Assembly (NCBI GenBank): GCA_017541465.1
Contig: JAFXYZ010000039.1
Span: forward strand, 5,580-69,579
Source of the DNA: a bacterium
Lineage (GTDB): Bacteria; Cyanobacteriota; Vampirovibrionia; Gastranaerophilales; Gastranaerophilaceae
Length of the DNA: 64,000 nt
Direction of reading: 5' to 3'
Made by a program: the position numbers and the translations under genes. A model generated the notes under the pieces. It was not told where the DNA came from. It saw nothing but the letters and a program-made list of their open reading frames with translations, and ran no database searches. Below, in pieces: positions 57,886 to 64,000 of this stretch; the stretch's first letter is position 1; the number at the start of each line of letters is the position of its first letter.

Positions 57886-58426
57886 AGCGCTGCGAATAGG
57901 CAGCATTTTTTTTGCGAAATTGCGGACGGGTGGAGTGAAACGAACCCGGTGAGCGAGTGCGAAGTTGACGGCAACGAAGTGAAGTCAACGACAGCAGCGA
58001 GCGATAAGCAATTTCAAGAGAGCAAATTTTGGCTAGGGCGAAGTCGAGCGACAGCGAGCGAGCCCGTATGTTCGAGAAAATTGTCGGAGCGACTGAAAAT
58101 CGAAGATTTTCAAAAGCGGAGTGTGCGGAGCGGGTGCGTTGGCGAAGCCAAAAGCACATTCCGCAAAATTTTCGAGTTGCCAATAATTTGAACCAGAGTG
58201 GAATTTTCGTAAGGCGAGTTCTTGTGAGCGTAAAGGAATTGCAATTTGATTTTTGCGGATTTTTGCAAGGCTGGAGTGAGCAGAGCGAACGTAACGCCGT
58301 CCGGGTGAAAAATCCGCCGGAATGAAACAATTTGTGAATAACAAATTGTGAAATGGAGTGCTAGGATTTTGAACTGCAAATAATCCAAGAGAGCAAATTT
58401 GCGTAGGCTGACTGAGTGACGTGAGA
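57886..58426. other. GC/purine-enriched, hairpin-dense non-coding module R2 upstream of tRNA-Arg
   Basis: Five overlapping ORFs in five frames. Many short hairpins, for example gaaaatc-GAA-gattttc at 58095-58111, ttggc-GAA-gccaa at 58139-58151, and gcggattttt/aaaaatccgc at 58255-58264 and 58308-58317. An exact 15-nt direct repeat occurs at 58015-58029 and 58386-58400. Confidence 0.5.
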
Positions 58427-58439
58427 AAATATTTTTTTC

Positions 58440-58470
58440 TTGATAAACAAAAATTACGTTGTAATATAAT
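58440..58470 (+). promoter_or_regulatory. candidate tRNA-Arg promoter (TTGATA ... TTGTAATATAAT)
   Basis: The TATAAT box at 58465-58470 lies 12 nt before the tRNA. The 12-mer TTGTAATATAAT is identical to the one before tRNA-Val at 5060-5071. Confidence 0.4.
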
Positions 58471-58482
58471 AATAGACTTTAT

Positions 58483-58556
58483 GTGCCCGTAGTTCAGCTG
58501 GATAGAATGTTTGGCTACGAACCAAAAGGTCGGGGGTTCGAATCCCTCCGGGCATG
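58483..58556 (+). tRNA. tRNA-Arg (anticodon ACG), CCA not encoded
   Basis: Hand-folded cloverleaf: acceptor GTGCCCG/CGGGCAT (G1:U72), D arm GTTC-AGCTGGATA-GAAT with A20, anticodon arm TTTGG-CTACGAA-CCAAA, T arm GGGGG-TTCGAAT-CCCTC. Confidence 0.9.
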
Positions 58557-58569
58557 TTTTAATCTTAAT

Positions 58570-58590
58570 GAGCCTTTCGGGGCTCTTTTG
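58570..58590 (+). terminator. rho-independent terminator after tRNA-Arg
   Basis: Stem gagcc/ggctc plus TTTT. Confidence 0.7.
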
Positions 58591-58653
58591 TTTAGTTCTG
58601 TTTTTAAATATAATAAATAAAGTAATTATCCGCAAAGATTAAGAGAGAAATAA

Positions 58654-59355
58654 ATGAAACAACTGGTTATTATACCGACATACAATGAAGCCTTAACGGT
58701 TGAAAGAATTACGGAAGAAATCTTTAAACTCTATGAGGGTATAAGTATTCTTATTGTTGACGATTCTTCCCCTGACGGAACTGCTGATGTAGTGAGAAAA
58801 CTTCAGGCTTCGCACCCTGACTTGTATCTTCTTGTTCAGGAAAAGAAGTTCGGGCTTTCAAGAGCCTATATCAACGGAATGAAGTGGGGCTTAGAGAAAG
58901 GCTTTGATGTCTTTTCAACCTGCGATGCTGATTTTTCACATAACCCCAAATATCTTGCCTCTGCTATTGAAGCAATTAATGATGGCTATGACTGTGCGTG
59001 CGGTTCAAGATATATGTCGGGCGGTCATACTCAGGAAACAAACTGGTTTAAAAATTTTATTTCAAAAGGCGGAAATGTATATGCCCGTTTGATTTTGGGC
59101 AGAGAAATAAAAGACTGGACGGAAGGGTTTAATACCTACACAAAAGATGCGCTCTCGAAAATTGATTTGGACTCTATCAAAGCCGTCGGGTATATCTGGG
59201 GCGCAGAGATGAAGTATAAAGCCGTTCATAAAGGCTTAAAGGTAAAAGAATTTCCTATTGATTTTGCGGAAAGGGAAGAAGGTCAGTCAAAGATGAGTTT
59301 TTATATTATCTTTGAAGCCTTTTTCTTTGTATTGAAAATTCGTTTGGGGCTGTAG
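58654..59355 (+). CDS. polyprenol-phosphate mannosyl/glycosyltransferase (GT2, DPM1-like)
   Basis: 'VIIPTYNEA', 'IVDDSSPDGT' and 'CDADFSH'. Length is 233 aa. Confidence 0.8.
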   Translation: MKQLVIIPTYNEALTVERITEEIFKLYEGISILIVDDSSPDGTADVVRKLQASHPDLYLLVQEKKFGLSRAYINGMKWGLEKGFDVFSTCDADFSHNPKYLASAIEAINDGYDCACGSRYMSGGHTQETNWFKNFISKGGNVYARLILGREIKDWTEGFNTYTKDALSKIDLDSIKAVGYIWGAEMKYKAVHKGLKVKEFPIDFAEREEGQSKMSFYIIFEAFFFVLKIRLGL

Positions 59356-59358
59356 ATA

Positions 59359-59790
59359 ATGATTAAAACTTTTGAACACAATAATGAAACACTGGCGCTT
59401 GTTATAAAGAAGGACTATTCCGCAGAAGGAATAAAATTCTTTACCAAAGATGATGCACCCCAGCAAATCGGATATATGGAGCATAAAAAGGGCTATAAAA
59501 TTTTGCCCCACGTTCATAATGTAGTTAAAAGAGAAATTTCGCTTACCCAGGAAACTCTTGTTATCAGAAAAGGAACACTCAGGCTTGATTTGTATTCAAA
59601 AGAGAGAGAATATCTTGAAAGCACTATTCTTTCAGAGGGCGATGTTGCTATTCTTATTTCGGGCGGGCATGGGCTTGTTTGTCTTGATAACGTTGAAATG
59701 ATTGAGGTTAAGCAGGGACCTTATCTCGGAATTAACGATAAAATACGTATTTCGGAAGTCAGTGACGGCGAAGTTGTTTTAAATAACTGA
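59359..59790 (+). CDS. cupin-fold protein
   Basis: 143 aa. 'KGYKILPHVHN..' followed by a beta-rich pattern. It starts 4 nt after the GT2 stop. Confidence 0.45.
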   Translation: MIKTFEHNNETLALVIKKDYSAEGIKFFTKDDAPQQIGYMEHKKGYKILPHVHNVVKREISLTQETLVIRKGTLRLDLYSKEREYLESTILSEGDVAILISGGHGLVCLDNVEMIEVKQGPYLGINDKIRISEVSDGEVVLNN

Positions 59791-59955
59791 TTTTTTGCCT
59801 TATATATTTTTTAGAATATTAAAAATCAGTTTACCTTATTTTCAAAATAAGGTGGTTTAAATAATTGTTACAGTTTTGGGATGCCGTAATAAAAACAAAA
59901 ATTCTTATAATAGAATTAGTTTGTTAGTTACTACATTAGTATGAGTAGAGAGAAA

Positions 59956-62415
59956 ATGAAAAGAATATTTAGTTTAGTGCTATGCATATTTATGCTTTGT
60001 CAATATGCAATAGCAGCTCCAAGTGCAGCGCAGGGGCTTGTTTCAAGACCTGTCCAGGCTTCACCTAACGCAAAGACCATTGAACTGGCTTTCGTTTTTG
60101 ACGGACCTTCCGATAAAAATGAAGAAGTTCTTAAAATCTTCCAAAAGACAATCACACGTTCGCTTTTGCCTGATTACAAGGCATCGTTCCCGAAAGATTT
60201 AATCTATACGGGCGACTGGACAGAAGCCGGAGCGGCTAAGGTTTCCGAAAAAGCACTCCAGTCACGAGCAAGAATGGTTGTTTCTCTGGGTTATATGTCG
60301 AGCACTTATTATGCAGGCAAACAAAACAAGAAAAAATATGTCGTAACAATTGACCAGTACGGTTTGAGAGATTTCGGCGACAAGTTCTTTAACCCGCTTC
60401 AGCAAACGGCAAACGACTTTGTTACTTTCCAGAAGTTAGTTCCGACAATTCAGAAAACAGCAATTTTGATGAACGAGAACTTCTATAACGCAAATAAAAA
60501 CTGGAAAGCTAGTATTTCAAAGAAGTTGCAGGAAAAGAACTGCAACCTTGATTTTGTAATTGTTCCCGTAAACAACAGTGTTTCACAAACTCTGGCTAAA
60601 ATTCCAAAGGATGTTGACTCGGTTTTTGTGACACCGCTTTATAACCTTTCCGTTGAAGAAAGAAAAGTTTTGTATAAGTCTCTGAGCTTCAGAAAACTTC
60701 CTACCTTCTCATCTGTCGGAAGAGAAGATGTTGACTTGGGGGCGATGCTCGGAACTTCAACCGCTGATGCGGACAAGAAAATTGCGGAAGCAACTTCTTT
60801 CAACATCTATGGTGTTCTTCACGGCGACTCGGTTAAAAATGAAAAACTTACCTTCTTTGATGAGAAAGTTATTTATTATAACGCAGATACAGGCGAAGAG
60901 GTCGGTTATATACCACCTCTCAGGCTTCTCAACAACGCAACGACAATTTCACACAAACAGCTTCCGACTTATGACCTCGGCTCTTTAATCAATGCCCTCG
61001 ATGAAGGCAACCTTGATATTAAGAGAAAGGCATATTTGGTCAGCGCTGCAAAACGTTCGGTTGCAAGTGCATATTTAAGATATTTGCCCACACTGAGAAT
61101 GGACTTAGGGTATCAGAAATATAATGACGACTATGCGGAATCTTATACAGATGTTCCGAGACACGTTGGTTTGTTTACTCTGGCTCTGGATCAGGTTATT
61201 TATTCGCCCGATTTGGTTACAAATATCATTGTTAAACACAAGAAACTCAAATTTGATAAGGCTGAAAAAGCCTTAACAAAGGCTAATATTGAATACCATA
61301 CGGCTGATTTATATATCGATACTCTTATGCTGGCTAATATGATTAAGGTCCAGGAAGAATATGTCCAGGAAACCCGCGGTAATTATGCAATGGCAAGAGT
61401 CAGAGAAAAAACAGGCAAGTGCGGATATGAAGAGGTGCTTCAGTGGGCAGGTCAGGTCAGTGAGGCTGAAAAGAAACTGCTTTCTATGAAGGCTGATTAT
61501 AACAATCTCAAGGTTGAAATCAGCAAACTTCTTCACATCGACCAGAAGCAGGATTTCACGTTTAAACCTATGACGGCGGCTGATAAATCCTTCTTTACTT
61601 CTGATTTAAATATCATTGACCACGTCAGAAATCCTCAAAAACTGGGTAAATTTACTGATATGCTTGTTGATGAGGTAATTTATTTATCACCTGAAACAGC
61701 AAAACTCAAAGCCGCAATGGCGATGAAGAAGGCTGAAATGGGCAACTATGCGCAGAAGTTCGTACTTCCGAGTGCAAAACTTTCGCTTGAATACGGCTCT
61801 CAGTTCGACAGAAGTCTGCCTTATGAAGATTCAGGCCATAAACAGATGAAGTATGTTGCAGGTGCTGTTGCAGGTGCTTCAACGGGAAGTCCTGCTGCTT
61901 ATAATGCTCTTTATAATTCTTCTCCGTGGCTTGATTTAGACAGAACCTCGGGCAGAGTTTTGATTGCGGCACAATGGAAACCGTTTGAGGGCGGTCATAA
62001 GATAGCCGAAATTGCGAGAGCAAAATCAGAGTTAAATGAACTCAATACTTATATGGAAGAAGTTAAATCTGAGATAGAGATGAAGGTCAGAACGGTTGTA
62101 AACCGCGCTATTTCAAAATACTTCATCATCGAAAAATCATATAAGTCAATGTTTGCCCAGGCTGAGAACTATGAAACCGTTAAATCAAAATACTTAGTCG
62201 GTAAAGTTCCCGTCAGCCAGCTTCACGATGCGCAAAATATGTATTTTGAGGCAAAACTCGATGCTTTGAACTCACAGTATGAATTCTTTAAAGAACTCAT
62301 CTGGGTACAAAGAGGTTTACTCTCGGTTAACTGGGAAAATGCAAGTGAAGATGCGAAGAAATGGATTAATTCTATTCCCGAAATTCTTCCCGCAGAGCCC
62401 GATTTTACGCTTTAA
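59956..62415 (+). CDS. TolC-like outer-membrane channel protein with N-terminal periplasmic-binding-protein-like domain
   Basis: The ATG at 59956 follows an agagag RBS. Signal peptide 'MKRIFSLVLCIFMLCQYAIA'. The N-terminal ~300 aa resemble an ABC substrate-binding fold and the C-terminal ~490 aa show TolC-type helical and beta repeats. Confidence 0.6.
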   Translation: MKRIFSLVLCIFMLCQYAIAAPSAAQGLVSRPVQASPNAKTIELAFVFDGPSDKNEEVLKIFQKTITRSLLPDYKASFPKDLIYTGDWTEAGAAKVSEKALQSRARMVVSLGYMSSTYYAGKQNKKKYVVTIDQYGLRDFGDKFFNPLQQTANDFVTFQKLVPTIQKTAILMNENFYNANKNWKASISKKLQEKNCNLDFVIVPVNNSVSQTLAKIPKDVDSVFVTPLYNLSVEERKVLYKSLSFRKLPTFSSVGREDVDLGAMLGTSTADADKKIAEATSFNIYGVLHGDSVKNEKLTFFDEKVIYYNADTGEEVGYIPPLRLLNNATTISHKQLPTYDLGSLINALDEGNLDIKRKAYLVSAAKRSVASAYLRYLPTLRMDLGYQKYNDDYAESYTDVPRHVGLFTLALDQVIYSPDLVTNIIVKHKKLKFDKAEKALTKANIEYHTADLYIDTLMLANMIKVQEEYVQETRGNYAMARVREKTGKCGYEEVLQWAGQVSEAEKKLLSMKADYNNLKVEISKLLHIDQKQDFTFKPMTAADKSFFTSDLNIIDHVRNPQKLGKFTDMLVDEVIYLSPETAKLKAAMAMKKAEMGNYAQKFVLPSAKLSLEYGSQFDRSLPYEDSGHKQMKYVAGAVAGASTGSPAAYNALYNSSPWLDLDRTSGRVLIAAQWKPFEGGHKIAEIARAKSELNELNTYMEEVKSEIEMKVRTVVNRAISKYFIIEKSYKSMFAQAENYETVKSKYLVGKVPVSQLHDAQNMYFEAKLDALNSQYEFFKELIWVQRGLLSVNWENASEDAKKWINSIPEILPAEPDFTL

Positions 62416-62429
62416 TCAGTTATAAATAC

Positions 62430-62464
62430 AAAAAAGAGCCGATGCAGAGTTCGGCTCTTTTTTA
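62430..62464. terminator. bidirectional rho-independent terminator
   Basis: 13-bp stem aaaaaagagccga/tcggctctttttt. Confidence 0.8.
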
Positions 62465-62477
62465 TTATTTTGATTGT

Positions 62478-62633
62478 TTAATGTAATGTGTTTTCGTTTT
62501 CTTTAACATAATCGTTAATAAGTTTTGTTCCTAAATTACCTGCCGTTCTGGTCTGTGCCTGAGCGAGTTTTTTGAATTTTTCATAAATTTCATAGTCAAT
62601 AAGCAGTGTTAATCGTTTCTTTTCTTCCTGCAT
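62478..62633 (-). CDS. ribbon-helix-helix (CopG/Arc/Mnt-like) small DNA-binding protein
   Basis: A 51-aa ORF below the track threshold: MQEEKKRLTLLIDYEIYEKFKKLAQAQTRTAGNLGTKLINDYVKENENTLH. It has a beta-strand-helix-helix pattern and an aaagg RBS 9 nt upstream. Confidence 0.5.
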   Translation of the reverse strand: MQEEKKRLTLLIDYEIYEKFKKLAQAQTRTAGNLGTKLINDYVKENENTLH

Positions 62634-62656
62634 TTTGTTATACCTTTTTGTTAATA

Positions 62657-62677
62657 AATGATAATTTATTTATCATT
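62657..62677. promoter_or_regulatory. palindrome AATGATAA-N5-TTATCATT (candidate operator)
   Basis: Perfect 8-bp arms (9 bp counting one further pair) in the divergent intergenic region next to the RHH gene. Confidence 0.35.
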
Positions 62678-62691
62678 TTATTCTATTTTTT

Positions 62692-62720
62692 TTGACAATT
62701 CAATTCTACTTATTTATAAT
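62692..62720 (+). promoter_or_regulatory. perfect consensus sigma70 promoter TTGACA-17-TATAAT
   Basis: TTGACA at 62692-62697, an exact 17-nt spacer, and TATAAT at 62715-62720. The downstream gene has an aaggaag RBS. Confidence 0.6.
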
Positions 62721-62761
62721 TTAGTTATACCTATTTATAAATCAGTAGAAGGAAGTGTAAA

Positions 62762-62971
62762 ATGAATGAACATCAAAGACTAAAAAGGAAAGGAAGAAAA
62801 GTTTCAACTATGCTTTTGCAGTCAAAATATCTGCTCGAGGTTTTGTATGAACTTGTGTGTGATGATGCAAAAATGATGACTGTAATCGATATTCTTCAAC
62901 AAAATAACAAAAAATCTTTTTATGGTGTTGAAAAATGTCTTGAAATTCTCAGATACAAACAATTTAAGTAA
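62762..62971 (+). CDS. small orphan protein
   Basis: 69 aa with a basic N-terminus 'RLKRKGRK'. It has a good RBS, a consensus promoter and its own terminator. Confidence 0.5.
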   Translation: MNEHQRLKRKGRKVSTMLLQSKYLLEVLYELVCDDAKMMTVIDILQQNNKKSFYGVEKCLEILRYKQFK

Positions 62972-63004
62972 AAGCACAGAGATTTTTGTCTCTGTGCTTT
63001 TTTG
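62971..63004 (+). terminator. rho-independent terminator
   Basis: 12-bp stem aaagcacagaga/tctctgtgcttt plus a T-run. Confidence 0.75.
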
Positions 63005-63034
63005 TGGTTTATTTAGAACGTATGGTGGTGTGAG

Positions 63035-63868
63035 TTATATGCCGTCGTTTGAATATTTTCCCTGTTCTTTTGTTACATTTCCGTTTTCATCTATGGTTTC
63101 TTTTACCCAGGTATCATCGGGGTAATTTGTAACTTTAACGGTTGTTGTGGAGCCGTCTGCTTTGGTTATTTCCGTTGTGGTTGTTGAAGAACCGTCCTCA
63201 TTTTTAACCGTCTTCTCGACCTCCGTTGTTCCGTCAGGACGTTTAGTTGTTTTCGTCGTATCGTTATTGTAATCTTTTCCTTTTATTGTTTCAATGACTT
63301 CAACAGTGCCGTCAGGTTTTGTTATTGTTCTTTTGATAAAAACATCGCCTTCTTTTGCATTCGGATCGACGAATTCTTCTTCTACCGTACCGTCATCATA
63401 TTCATAAGTACTTGTATGTGCGATAAGGTAGCCGTTTGTATCGAACGGGTTATCGTTTGAAACAGCCGCCGAAACTGATGTTAAATCATCTGTTTCCCCT
63501 TCCTCCATTTCATCGATATTTTCCGGTTCGGAGGGTTCTTCCTTTTCTTTCGTCTTTCCTCTGTCCTCCATTAATGGTAAGCCCAGCTCTTCGGCTACGT
63601 CTCTCGGAAAGTACAGTGCAATCGGATGCCAGATTTGTTGCCCTGCATCTATTGCCATTTGTCTTACGTCAATTTGAACGTAATCCCCTCCAAACGGGCT
63701 TGATGATGACTTTTTGAAGGCATCACCGAATCTGTCATTCTTTGCCGTACTGTTAAAAATACTTTCCCCAAAACCTGATTTGTTATTGTCAGACTTAACC
63801 TGTCTGTTGTTTTGAAATTTGTCACTGTTTAAGCGCACATTTAAATGCACATTGTTAATATTTGCCAT
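63035..63868 (-). CDS. orphan protein with C-terminal ~20-aa 'DGT/DGS' repeats
   Basis: 277 aa with no signal peptide. Four units of the type 'KPDGTVEVIETIKGKDYNND' / 'RPDGTTEVEKTVKNEDGSS'. Confidence 0.55.
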   Translation of the reverse strand: MANINNVHLNVRLNSDKFQNNRQVKSDNNKSGFGESIFNSTAKNDRFGDAFKKSSSSPFGGDYVQIDVRQMAIDAGQQIWHPIALYFPRDVAEELGLPLMEDRGKTKEKEEPSEPENIDEMEEGETDDLTSVSAAVSNDNPFDTNGYLIAHTSTYEYDDGTVEEEFVDPNAKEGDVFIKRTITKPDGTVEVIETIKGKDYNNDTTKTTKRPDGTTEVEKTVKNEDGSSTTTTEITKADGSTTTVKVTNYPDDTWVKETIDENGNVTKEQGKYSNDGI

Positions 63869-64000
63869 AGCTTCATCTCCCTAAATTCCCCTTGTTTAAT
63901 TAAAAAAATATTTTCTTCTTAAATTGACTTGGAAATTTTTATTACTTTACATTTCTTAATTTTTCACTATTTGACATTATAAGTTTTATTTGGGTAAAAT

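Noticed and set aside
57886-58426. Considered R2 as a CsrA/RsmA-sponge RNA because about 12 GGA triplets are present.
   Set aside because: That number is about what the local G+A-rich composition predicts. The GGA triplets are not consistently in hairpin loops.
58406-58430. ctgagtgacgtgagaaa looked superficially like a hammerhead core (CUGAnGA ... GAAA).
   Set aside because: The spacing does not fit CUGANGA, and no three-stem junction can be drawn.
57800-58635. Five long overlapping ORFs (92-200 aa) on both strands.
   Set aside because: They occupy five different frames over the same DNA. None has an RBS, and one runs straight through the tRNA-Arg gene. The open frames follow from the purine-rich plus strand and pyrimidine-rich minus strand. 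The codon third positions are unlike those of neighbouring genes. The region is treated as non-coding.
53078-63868. Shared N-terminal 'M-x(0-3)-I-N' motif in several orphans (MAGEINNIP, MANINNVHL, MINPVSLQ, MEINKEK) as a possible export signal.
   Set aside because: Ile and Asn are very common in this AT-rich genome. The match is too short and variable to be meaningful without statistics.
1-64000. CRISPR arrays, transposases, restriction-modification or other recognisable defence systems.
   Set aside because: No regularly spaced direct repeats were found, and no nuclease, ATPase or reverse-transcriptase genes beyond the housekeeping set.

Overview
AT-rich bacterial chromosomal window, densely coding, mostly housekeeping genes. 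These include rsmI, ffh, gcvT-gcvH-gcvPA, uvrA, rpsP, rpoB-rpoC1-rpoC2, anmK, dapB, ileS, priA, recN, nadK, dnaJ and grpE, plus two tRNAs, Val-GAC and Arg-ACG. RNA polymerase beta-prime is split into rpoC1 and rpoC2, and rpoC2 carries a roughly 650-aa insertion in the trigger loop. rpoB is not preceded by rplJ/rplL. This combination is the cyanobacterial-type arrangement. No photosynthesis genes lie in the window, so it fits Cyanobacteriota in the broad sense, including the non-photosynthetic Vampirovibrionia/Melainabacteria, but that is an inference. Accessory content includes three dispersed prepilin-type genes, one of them out of frame at a C9 tract. It also includes envelope and glycosylation genes (GT39, two GT2 enzymes, a CgeB-like protein and a TolC-like protein with an extra N-terminal domain) and several orphan proteins without signal peptides. 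No CRISPR array, transposase, integrase or recognisable defence system was seen. The most unusual signal is non-coding. Both tRNA genes are preceded by GC- and purine-enriched, hairpin-dense modules at 4861-5043 and 57886-58426. The two modules share colinear motifs. The tRNA-Val module contains an exact fragment of its tRNA; the tRNA-Arg module has only short 7-8 nt matches to its tRNA that could be chance. The second module leaves five of six reading frames open. A second candidate is a small divergent module at 62478-62971. It pairs a ribbon-helix-helix gene absent from the ORF track with a palindrome and a perfect consensus promoter driving a 69-aa orphan. All functional calls rest on motif recognition by eye; no database search was run.
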